Shown in pieces: positions 25,901 through 35,015 of a stretch of DNA of 48,760 bases. Source of the DNA: Macrostomum lignano. Its lineage: Eukaryota. Below the pieces are notes generated by a model. The model saw only the letters and a program-made list of their open reading frames with translations, did not search any database and was not told the origin of the DNA. The stretch spans positions 1 through 48,760 of the forward strand of contig NIVC01001365.1 of assembly GCA_002269645.1 (NCBI GenBank), given 5' to 3'. A program made the position numbers and the translations under genes. Within the stretch, counting starts at the first letter, position 1, and every line of letters begins with the position of its first letter.

Positions 25901-28900
25901 TTAGGGTTTAGGATTGGGGTCGGCAGAAGCTACGGTTGTGGTTAGGGTTTAGGATTGGGGTCGGCAGAAGCTACGGTTGTGGTTAGGGTTTAGGATTGGG
26001 GTCGGCAGAAGCTACGGTTGTGGTTAGGGTTTAGGATTGGTGTCGGCAGAAGCTACGGTTGTGGTTAGGGTTTAGGATTGGTGTCGGCAGAAGCTACGGT
26101 TGTGGTTAGGGTTTAGGATTGGTGTCGGCAGAAGCTACGGTTGTGGTTAGGGTTTAGGACTGGGGTTGGAAATTTTCTTCAAAGCAGAGAGAGGGCCAGA
26201 GAGAGGAGAGAAGAGAAGAGAGGTTATAGAGGAGAAAAGGGAAGAATAGAGGATATAGAGAGGGGAGATAAGAGAAGAGAGTGGAGAGGAGAGGAAAGAG
26301 AAGAGGATGGCATGGTTAGAGAGGAGAGGGGGCAGATGAGGCGAGAAAGGAGAGGAAGAGGAGAGGGGAGAGCTGGGGAGAGAGGAAAGAGGTGAGATGA
26401 GAGATGAGTGGAGGGAGGAGAGAAGTGAGAGGAGACCTCAGAGGAAGAGGAGAGAGGAGAGGAGATGAGAGAGAAGAGAGCTGAGAAGAGACACAAACCT
26501 TGAGCGGGCCGGGTTGCTATTGTGAAGTTTCAAAGGACCCGAGGGCCGGATAGAGAGGCTTCGCGGACCCCTTGGTTTAGGGTTAGGGTTAAAGCTAGGA
26601 CTAAAGGGCTAGGGTTGCCAAATATCGCTGTCAAAGCATAGGCTCATTGGCTATCAATATGAAATAGGGCTGAAAGTAAAGTATAATACTCTGGATACTA
26701 TAAAATTTCAGCGAAATTTATCCTCAGCCAATGTTGACCACCCACCGCGCTGGCAGGTGTAAGTGACTGCAGCGTGCCTTCGCTTGCGGTCCACTAATTT
26801 GCTGTTGAGAATTTTCCTCTTTGAATTCTGCCACTGATGCCAGCACTCGGGGGGGGGGGACGAGTACTGCTGATGACGACTTATGACCTTAATTGTGAGA
26901 TCCTACAAGTTAAGCAAATATGGTTGCGGTTAGTACGCACCCGAATAGGCCGCTTGTATTAAACCTTCAAGACAAGGAAATTCTGAGTTGTAGGTAAATT
27001 CCTTTCTATGATGCTGATGGGCACCATGGCAACGCACAGCGTGCAGTGAACATTTTGAATAGATTTTTTACTAACAAGCTACTCGTTTCTGGTTACTGTC
27101 AGTAGTGCAGTGTAGAAAATGGCGATAATTATTCTAGGATAACGATAGAATTCGAAAAAGAAATATGAGCTGTTGACCATTGACGGAATTTTTTTTCAAC
27201 CAGTTTTGAAGCTTACTTTGCTTATGCATGCCAGATTCAAAGTCATTTTTGTCAAATTCCAAATTGAAAAACAAACAAAGCAACCATGAGTCAGAGATTG
27301 GGCAGCGCTGGGCCGAAATCAGTACATTGTGATTTAGGCATTGAAAATTAGGGGGGGGGGTTCAGTGCAAGATAAGACAAGGAGGGGTGGAGTGTGCGAC
27401 CGAGGAAAGAGGCGAGACTGGAGAGCCAGCCAATCAGAAGGCAGCGAGGGAGAGAGAGGAACTAAACAGAGACAAGTGCAGGTGAACTAAAGAAGTGACT
27501 AAGAAAGTCGCAAAAACATCCAAAGCAGAGTGTACATTCTTGACGATTAGAAAGTCAGGGCTGCTGTACACCCTGAGTGAGCGTGTGTATACGAGTGCGC
27601 GCATGCGTACAGTATTGGCGCGCTTGTGTGCTCTCAGGAGTTAGCGGAACGGGCACAATTTTCGTCAGCACTGTCTATGGGACGATTTCGTTTAAGGCGT
27701 TGCGACAGGGGTGCTAACAGACCTTATTATTCTAGTTGCTTTAGTGTATGAACATTATAGTACACTCTGTACTTTTAACCGCTCTCGGCAACAGGCGAGC
27801 AGCTGCTCTCCGAGCTGCAGCGGATTCGCGACGATCGCACCGAGATTGAGCGACGCCGGGACGACCTGATCAGGCGGGCCAGGCAGCTGCAGGCGCGGAC
27901 GCAGAACATGCGAAATCAAGGTGAATCTATTTTTCCTTCTCGCTCTACTCTCAGTAATGTTTATAAATTTTTTTTCACTGAAGTTTGCCTTGGCATATTA
28001 ATAAGAGAAAAAGTATCAAATTAATAATTGACTTTCAGGATTTCAAACTCTTACTGGTACGGCTTGAATTGCTGATTGCTTAGTTCCTTCTATTTACTTG
28101 TTGCGTGTCGGGTGATCTACGAAATTCTACTAATTATGAACCAGATTGTTCCTTATAAAACCTTGAGAAATATTGATGAACAAAATCAGTGTAATTCCAA
28201 CCTCAAACTAAAAATATGTTACTTTTGTACCTACGAGTACTTATATCATTATGTTTACTTTTGATTCGGATTTTACTAAATAATTGCAAAAAGTATTTGT
28301 AGCATTTTCAATAGTTTTACTGCGTAGTAACACCTAGCTATACGAGCATGTACTTGCGGAAAAATTGTGCAGGGACAACAGCGTGGAGGTTGAGAAGTAT
28401 TGTGGGAGTTAAAAGGATGTAGGACGAATAGCGGAGGCAAAGTTGAAGGTCCGTAGCTGAGGATTGGGAATGAAATGGAGCTGGGTTTGGGTCTGTAGGG
28501 GTAGGAAGTGAGGTGTGGCTGGGTTGCGGTCTGTAGGGTAGGGAGTGAGGTGGGGCTGGGTTGCGGTCTGTAGGGTAGGGAGTGAGGTGTGGCTGGGTTG
28601 GGGTCTGTAGGGGTAGGGAGTGAGGTGTGGCTGGGTTGGGGTCTGTAGGGGTAGGAAGTGAGGTGGGGCTGGGTTGGGGTCTGTAGGGGTAGGAAGTGAG
28701 GTGTGGCTGGGTTGGGGTCTGTAGGGGTAGGAAGTGAGGTGTGGCTGGGTTGGGGTCTGTAGGGTAGGGAGTGAGGTGTGGCTGGGTTGGGGTCTGTAGG
28801 GGTAGGGAGTGAGGTGAGGCTGGGTTGGGGTCTGTAGGGGTAGGAAGTGAGGTGTGGCTGGGTTGCGGTCTGTAGGGTAGGGAGTGAGGTGTGGCTGGGT

Positions 28901-31900
28901 TGGGGTCTGTAGGGTAGGGAGTGAGGTGTGGCTGGGTTGGGGTCTGTAGGGGTAGGGAGTGAGGTGTGGCTGGGTTGGGGTCTGTAGGGGTAGGAAGTGA
29001 GGTGGGGCTGGGTTGGGGTCTGTAGGGGTAGGAAGTGAGGTGGGGCTGGGTTGGGGTCTGTAGGGGTAGGAAGTGAGGTGAGGCTGGGTTGGGGTCTGTA
29101 GGGGTAGGGAGTGAGGTGAGGCTGGGTTGGGGTCTGTAGAGGTAGGGAGTGAGGTGAGGCTGGGTTGGGGCGCGGACCCCGGGATTATAAGCAACTGGAC
29201 TGGGAGAGATAATTTTATTTTCCACCCTATACCACAGGGGGGCACTGCTTCTCCCTTCTGTCCCCCAGTTGGGGGCTTGGGGTGTTTGTTCCACGAGGGA
29301 AGGAAAGCTTTCGTTGTACACTAAAAAGCTCTCTCTACAATGTACATTCCAATTCGTCCCTGTTCGTATTTCGGCCGGGGTTGTGGCCTATAGTGGACTA
29401 CAAGAATCGCTGCACTGTACAGCATGTCCTAAAAACGATCTCTCCTTGTTTTTGCTAACTAGCACTCATAATTGTCTGATCGACTCTGAGAGTGAAGACC
29501 ACTAATGGTGAAGGCTTGCTCAGCGTACGGATGCTCAAATCGAGCAAATGGAACTGTCGCAGGAGTCAGCTTCCATAGTTTTCCATGGAAGGACCCCGCC
29601 CTTCTGGAAAAGTGGAAGCGAGCCAACCCAAGGCAGGAGTTTGAGCCAACAAAAAGCTCAAGGATTTGCTCCAGACATTTTCATCCGGACGACTTCGTTG
29701 AAAGTTCCATGGATACAAACGTCGCACGTAAGAAGAGCAAGGAGCAACTACTAAGACGCCTTTTGAAACAAGGGCTGTGCCGTCCATCTTTCCCAACGCT
29801 CCATCCTACCTGTCCTCTGAAAAAAAGCCGCAGAGATCAACAGCGGCGACTTCTTCTGAACGTCTGGAGCGGGAACTCAGTGCCCTGAAAAGCAGCATCG
29901 ACACCTTTCAGGAAGCCGACTCAATTGCTGATTGCAGCCTACACGACGTGCGCTCCAGACTTGATCAGGAGGAGAGTAAGCCAGCAGGTTTTCAATTCTC
30001 TCTGTGTGACGGCAAGCTGTGCATTTACATGCTTGAGATGGAGCCCAATTTTCATGTTGCGTGCTATATTTGCTTGGCTGAAGACCTCACCGTCACATGT
30101 GGATTCCGTGTATTGCCTCTGAAGATGAATAGGTTTGTCGATCTGTTGACTGATGGCAAGGTCTCGACCCTTAGCCAGCTTGTTAACATCAAGTCGAGAA
30201 TCAAGATTTTGAAGGAGGATACGGCCGAGTCTGACGATAAAGTTTCGCATCTGCTGGATATGGCTGAAGACCTGTTAGAAGAGGTGGAAGAGCTGGCAGA
30301 TAACCGAACGGTGAGCTTTGCTTTGGAGCAATTGAAGTTGAGTAGGAAGCCAGCCTCTGCTCGCAGGTACTCGCAGGAGCTTCTCGTTTTTGCGTATTTA
30401 ATTTACTCAATCAGTGCCGCTGCATACAAGACCATGCTGGAGCAGGAGGCACTTTGTCTGCCATCTGATCGCACTTTGAGGTCCATCACAGCTAGAGTTG
30501 GTTCTAAGGTAGGTCTGGATAACGAAGGCTATCTTAAACTTCGGGCATCTAAGCTTGAACAAGTTGAGAAAGTTGTCGTCCTTGCGATCGATGAGATCTA
30601 CATTGCCAATCGGGTTGAGTACAACAATGGTCAGTTGAATGGACTGGATGCAGATGGAGCTACAGCAAAGACACTCTGCTGCTTGATGATCCGCTCTGTG
30701 GCGAGTCAATACAAGGACATGATTGCGATGCATGCCGTTGCAACATTGACTGCGAAGAAACTTACAGAATGGTTTCACCAGGCGATGAGTGTCTTAAGAA
30801 AGTTGAATTTCACCGTTTGTGCAGTGTGCGTTGATAATGCCGCAGTGAACCGCAAGTTTGTCAGAGGCCTGTGCGGCAACAACTTCAACCCTTGCTTCAT
30901 GGATGAAGTAACTGGACAGCCTGTTTTTGTGCTGTTCGATCCAGTGCATTTATGTGATTTGTGTTAGCAATTCATGCCCCTCTGCAGATAAGCTGTGTAG
31001 GAAACTAATGCCCCCTTGTGGTATGGGTTATTTTTAGCCTTCCAGTCCAGTTGCTTATAATCCCGGGGTCCGCGGTTGGGGTCTGTAGGGGTAGGGAGTG
31101 AGGTGTGGCTGGGTTGGGGTCTGTAGGGGTAGGGAGTGAGGTGAGGCTGGTTTGGGGTCTGTAGGGGTAGGGAGTGAGATGTGGCTGGTTTGGGGTCTGT
31201 AGGGGTAGGAAGTGAGGTGTGGCTGGGTTGGGGTCTGTAGGGGTAGGGAGTGAGGTGAGGCTGGTTTGGGGTCTGTAGGGGTAGGGAGTGAGGTGTGGCT
31301 GGTTTGGGGTCTGTAGGGGTAGGAAGTGAGGTGTGGCTGGGTTGGGGTCTGTAGGGGTAGGGAGTGAGGTGTGGCTGGGTTGGGGTCTGTAGGGGTAGGG
31401 AGTGAGGTGAGGCTGGGTTGGGGTCTGTAGGGGTAGGGAGTGGGTGTGGCTGGGTTGGGGTCTGTAGGGGTAGGGAGTGAGGTGTGGCTGGTTTGGGGTC
31501 TGTAGGGTAGGAAGTGAGGTGTGGCTGGGTTGGGGTCTGTAGGGGTAGGGAGTGAGGTGAGGCTGGTTTGGGGTCTGTAGGGGTAGGGAGTGAGGTGTGG
31601 CTGGTTTGGGGTCTGTAGGGGTAGGAAGTGAGGTGTGGCTGGGTTGGGGTCTGTAGGGTAGGGAGTGAGGTGTGGCTGGGTTGGGGTCTGTAGGGGTAGG
31701 GAGTGAGGTGAGGCTGGGTTGGGGTCTGTAGGGGTAGGGAGTGGGGTGTGGCTGGGTTGGGGTCTGTAGGGGTAGGGAGTGAGGTGTGGCTGGGTTGGGG
31801 TCTGTAGGGGTAGGGAGTGAGGTGAGGCTGGGTTGGGGTCTGTAGGGGTAGGGAGTGGGGTGTGGCTGGGTTGGGGTCTGTAGGGGTAGGGAGTGAGGTG

Positions 31901-33670
31901 TGGCTGGGTTGGGGTCTGTAGGGGTAGGGAGTGAGGTGAGGCTGGGTTGGGGTCTGTAGGGGTAGGGAGTGGGGTGTGGCTGGGTTGGGGTCTGTAGGGG
32001 TAGGGAGTGGGGTGTGGCTGGGTTGGGGTCTGTAGGGGTAGGGAGTAAATCGGCTTCGCAATCGAGCGTGCGGAGGAGTATGCAGAAGTTTTAGAAAGTT
32101 AAGGAAAGCATAAAATTATCAAGAATGCAGATAAAAATTACTATTGAAGTTTTCCAAAAATCTCGCAGCCCGAGACATGTGGAAGAAGCGCTACTTCGAA
32201 GAGAAGAAGCTGACCACGCCACTCGAGGACCAGGCCAACCGACTCCGGGATGAGCTTGAGTCCTATCACAAGCGGATGGTCAGCACCATGACGTCCCGAG
32301 TCAAGGAAGGCAAGAATATTGACACACCGGATGCTACCCAGCAGGTGAGTCTACTGCTGCAAAAGACTCGAGATCCGTGTAACTTATATGAAGGCTTTTA
32401 GCGAAATAGGAATTTCTCAACGGAGTTCAGTTCACTTGGTCGATCAATACCTTGAGAGAACATGTTATTAAAGACAGGGAGCAGTCAAAAGCCTTGGGCG
32501 TGTTCTCTGCGACATTATTTAATAGTATCATGAGTTATACACTCATGAGGGCCAGCCCCCAAGGCGCAGAGAGTGCACATGCCTGACGATTAGAAAGTCA
32601 GGGCCGCTTGTGCACCCTGTGTGAGCGAGTGTACGAGTGCTCATGAGTCTGCGGAATGGGCAGAATCGCCGTCAGGGCTGGTTGTGAGACGATGTCGCCC
32701 CAGGCGTTGCGCCAGGGTGCTTACAATCTCCTGAAATCATCATTATTACTGGTCCTTGGCACGTAATTAAACTGGATTTCTAAGAAATCGCCCCATCCCC
32801 CTGGCCCGCAGCTGAACCTGCGCATCCAGGCCACGCGGATGCAGCACGAAATCGAGGAGCTTCAGCGTCGAGTCGACGACTCCAAGATGAAGCTTACGGC
32901 CGAAGTGAAAGTGAGGAGCTGATTAGTTGGGGAGAGGATGCTGGCAGTGCTCACTTTTCTCTGCCAAAGTTGACAGCATCAACCCTGAAAACGTTATTCT
33001 AGTCAGTTAGAAATTTTAGATCGTTTAATTTTAGTGTACATTGTTATTGTCATTCGATTATGTGATTGGAACTGTCAATGTACACTGTCAATGTACACTG
33101 TCTATAAAAACAACAAAAACAACAAAATACTCCTCCCGCCAGCCACGCAGTGGCCAGAAAGGGGGGGAGAAGTCATAGAGCGCGTCTCTAGGCCATGGAC
33201 CTCAAAAAGTCACACCCTCAAAAAGTCACCCTCAAAAAGTCACCCTCAAAAAGTCACCCTCAAAAAGTCACACCCTCAAAAAGTCACACCCTCAAAAAGT
33301 CACACCCTCAAAAAGTCACACCCTCAAAAAGTCACCCTTAAAAAGTCACACCCGCAAAAAGTCACACCCTCGAAACGTCACACCCTCAAAAAGTCACACT
33401 GAGAGTCCCACGTCCCTCCTGTCTCTTACTTTACACTGTCTATGTACACTGTCAATGTGAACTGTCCATTTTACTAAAACATATAAAATATATGAACTTT
33501 AGAAGCTGAAACTACAGAATCTCAATAAACCAGGCAATATTAAAAATCAATTTCAGCTGCGTACACAAGCGGAGGCTGAGCTGCGCGCGATGAAGGCTGA
33601 GTTGACTCAGCGAAAGCTCAACTTGTCAATGACCCGCACCCAGCAGATGGGTCACCAGATGGTTTCTTAA
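13943..33670 (+). CDS. SPATA1: SPATA1-like protein, ~855 aa, 17 exons: 13943-14049, 14596-14713, 14805-14858, 15851-16040, 16702-16818, 17640-17703, 19384-20058, 20233-20301, 22771-23118, 23485-23531, 23620-23746, 24430-24499, 25433-25499, 27795-27920, 32169-32344, 32812-32910, 33557-33670
   Basis: N-terminus MVDLHVYVVP..W..SAGFIRV..ESLLQQVR..LGYEIVPRNFVFCKSVG..VRSRQEKELKVKHFLPP resembles human SPATA1 as recalled (VELHVFYVP..SAGFLRV..KEKQESELKLKSFAPP). C-terminal WKKRYFEEKK..LEDQANRLRDELESYHKR..RVDDSKMKLTAEVK|LRTQAEAELRAMKAEL matches the SPATA1 C-terminal coiled coil. All intron phases are compatible (sum 2568 nt). One donor (20302) must be GC. Confidence 0.85.
14050..14335 (+). mobile_element. 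SINE family-2 copy (intron 1 of SPATA1-like)
   Basis: Box B-like GTTCGATTCC near 14090, followed by CATGAGGGCC..AGAGAGTGTACATTCTTGATGATTAGAAAGTCAGGGCCGCTGTACACCCTG shared with the other copies. Confidence 0.65.
14376..14557 (+). mobile_element. tRNA-derived SINE family 1 (CORE-like), 3'-truncated
   Basis: Box A TAGCCTATTGG, box B GGTTCGATTCC, then GTCCTTGAACAAGACACTTAACTCTGCATTGCTTCAGTTCACCCAGCTGTAAAATGGG. Confidence 0.8.
15009..15783 (+). mobile_element. Full-length SINE family 1 preceded by ~25 tandem copies of its own first 19 bp (GGGGTTGTAGCCTAGTGGA); (TAT)n tail
   Basis: Array 15009-15481 runs directly into TTAGAGCGTCGGACTC..GGTTCGATTCC..CTGTAAAATGGG..GGGCAGGTGTAATCAATTATTATTATT. Confidence 0.85.
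18625..19165. repeat. 40-bp minisatellite AATGTACATTGAATCTCGACTAGCCCTTCTCGAAACTTTC (~13 copies)
   Basis: Tandem periodicity in SPATA1-like intron 6. Confidence 0.97.
20500..20895. repeat. 30-bp minisatellite GAGGGGTTGATGTTACCCACTGAAGTACCT (~13 copies)
   Basis: Tandem periodicity; gives 10-aa repeat ORFs on both strands. Confidence 0.97.
21665..22040. repeat. 20-bp minisatellite TCTAGAGATCCTGGTCTTTG
   Basis: Tandem periodicity. Confidence 0.97.
23272..23450. repeat. 14-bp minisatellite GATCGGGCAGAGTA
   Basis: Tandem periodicity in intron 9. Confidence 0.9.
24660..24845. repeat. CT-rich simple repeat (CTCTACCCCTCTCC)n
   Basis: Direct inspection. Confidence 0.9.
25505..26165. repeat. 41-bp minisatellite GGGGTCGGCAGAAGCTACGGTTGTGGTTAGGGTTTAGGATT (~16 copies) containing TTAGGG
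   Basis: CGGCAGAAG recurs at 25511, 25552 and 25593; the array starts immediately after the GTAAGT donor at 25500. Confidence 0.97.
26180..26490. repeat. GA-rich low-complexity tract
   Basis: Purine-rich run on the + strand. Confidence 0.85.
27520..27720 (+). mobile_element. SINE family-2 copy, 5'-truncated
   Basis: GAGTGTACATTCTTGACGATTAGAAAGTCAGGGCTGCTGTACACCCTG ... GGCGTTGCGACAGGGGTGCT matches the other copies. Confidence 0.65.
29171..31074 (+). mobile_element. Internally deleted P-superfamily (THAP9/Galileo-like) DNA transposon, 1904 bp
   Basis: Perfect 33-bp TIR CGCGGACCCCGGGATTATAAGCAACTGGACTGG (29171-29203 / 31042-31074). Subterminal inverted motif ATACCACAGGGGGGCAC / ATACCACAAGGGGGCAT. 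7-bp duplication GTTGGGG at 29164-29170 and 31075-31081. Confidence 0.9.
29505..30967 (+). pseudogene. Truncated THAP-domain P-element-type transposase (one frameshift near 29772; C-terminal half missing)
   Basis: THAP C2CH motif CSAYGC..FHSFP..W..ICSRHF..LKQG[A]VPSIF, then RYS..AY..LPS.RTL, DEIYI (first catalytic Asp region), VDNAAVN (second Asp) and FDPVHL (DxxH). The ORF stops a few codons later with unrelated sequence. Confidence 0.9.
32540..32725 (+). mobile_element. SINE family-2 copy, 5'-truncated
   Basis: CATGAGGGCCAGCCCCCAAGGCGCAGAGAGTGCACATGCCTGACGATTAGAAAGTCAGGGCCGCTTGTGCACCCTG ... GTTGCGCCAGGGTGC. Confidence 0.7.
33200..33400. repeat. 14-16-bp minisatellite CCCTCAAAAAGTCA(CA)
   Basis: Tandem periodicity in the last SPATA1-like intron. 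Confidence 0.95.
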
Positions 33671-34094
33671 AAGTCGGACAAAAGGCAATTTTGATTTTGA
33701 GAAGGACTCGAATTTTAAGCAGCGAACTAAAATCTGAAATCTGAACTTTTGACTACAAGTATCCTGATTTTCACGTACTTATAACGCAACTTGCAAACAT
33801 AATTCTCGAATTAGTAATACACCTTGTATTTCTAAAAGCTTTTTTGCGTATTTAGTAAGTGTAGCTTCTTCGATTTATTTTGAATTGACATTTGAAGAAG
33901 TATATAAAATCAATGACACAATTCGACTACAATACATGTACTGAATGTTTTTAATGAGCTTCCGAATATTTATGTATCTATTAGCCTCCCTATGGAAATA
34001 TATTTGCCTATCTGTCTCCCCAACTTTCTTTGAATTTATTCATGACGATTAGGGTTTGGGCTGGAGAATGAAGTCACGTGATTGCTGAGTGTAC

Positions 34095-34100
34095 AATAAA
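34095..34100 (+). terminator. Candidate AATAAA polyadenylation signal of the SPATA1-like gene
   Basis: AATAAA ~425 nt after the stop codon; position only, no transcript evidence. Confidence 0.3.
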
Positions 34101-34199
34101 CAACTGCTGCTGAATCCTGATTTTTTACGAGCTATTAACGGAATTCGCCACTTTGACTTCGTATCTTTTTGTGCTCAGCCTGCCGAGTACTGACTGGGG

Positions 34200-34560
34200 A
34201 AGAGAGGAGAGGAGAGGAGAGGAGGAGAGGAGAGGAGAGGAGAGGAGAGAAGAGAAAAGGAGAGGAGAGGAGAGAAGAGGAGAGAAAAGGAAAGGAGAGG
34301 AGAGGAGAGAAGAGGAGAGAAGAGGAAAGGAGAGGAGAGGAGAGAAGAGGAAAGGAGAGGAGAGGAGAGCAGAGCAGAGCAGAGCAGAGCAGAGAAGAGG
34401 AGAGGAGAGGAGAGGAGGAGAGGAGAGGAGAGGAGAGAAAAGAAAAGGAGAGCAGAGCAGAGCAGAGCAGAGGAGAGAAGAGGAGAGAAGAGGAGAGAAG
34501 AGGAGAGGAGAGGAGAGGAGAGGAGAGAGCAGAGCAGAGCAGAGGAGAGGAGAGGAGAAA
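34200..34560. repeat. (GAGGA/GAGCA)n simple repeat between the convergent 3' ends
   Basis: Direct inspection; explains the E/R/G and L/S pseudo-ORFs. Confidence 0.95.
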
Positions 34561-35015
34561 ATAAGGGGTAGAGTCAGAGAGGTAAGAAAAAGTGGGAGCT
34601 AAAACGGTTGTGCAGCATTCGGAGTTATCAAAATATATTTGACGCATATAAATAACAATAATAAAAAGTTCTGCATGCTGTGAGAACGGAATAAGCGCAG
34701 GATGCAATTCTAAGGTATTTTATTGGTGTCAGTCAGCTGGGATTGGGGTTGGGCTACAGGTTCGGATGGAAAAGCTGGGAATAAAGTTTTATGCTTATAC
34801 TTTCATACTCTGTAGTAACGCCGTGTATATGCTTGTAATAGACATGTAATAGACTACGGTAATAAAGCATCGAATGTAAAACTATTTGCTGCTATTCAGG
34901 TGTCACTTCTATTACAAAGGATACAATCTACAAAGACATTATTATTAAGTTCTGGTAAGTGCAAATTTAAACTTTCGTGGAGCCGAGTGTCTGGACAGGG
35001 CGTGACCAGTCCAGT

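Larger units (their letters stand above)
28485..32045. repeat. 38-bp G-rich minisatellite CTGGGTTGGGGTCTGTAGGGGTAGGGAGTGAGGTGTGG, split into 28485-29170 and 31075-32045 by the transposon
   Basis: Same unit and same orientation on both sides of the insertion; the register continues across the TSD. Confidence 0.97.

Noticed and set aside
28338-32061. Long Pro/Thr-rich minus-strand ORFs (327, 278, 365 aa)
   Set aside because: Translations of the 38-bp minisatellite.
32583-32600. Minimal hammerhead ribozyme (CTGACGA-TTA-GAAA-GTC) in SINE family 2
   Set aside because: No stem III or properly placed UH triplet, and the core is changed in the 667-710 copy in a way that preserves a simple hairpin instead.
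34135-34707. E/R/G-rich ORF resembling a second SAH exon
   Set aside because: It is a GAGGA pentamer repeat downstream of the SPATA1 stop, not an E4R4 pattern, and has no splice support.
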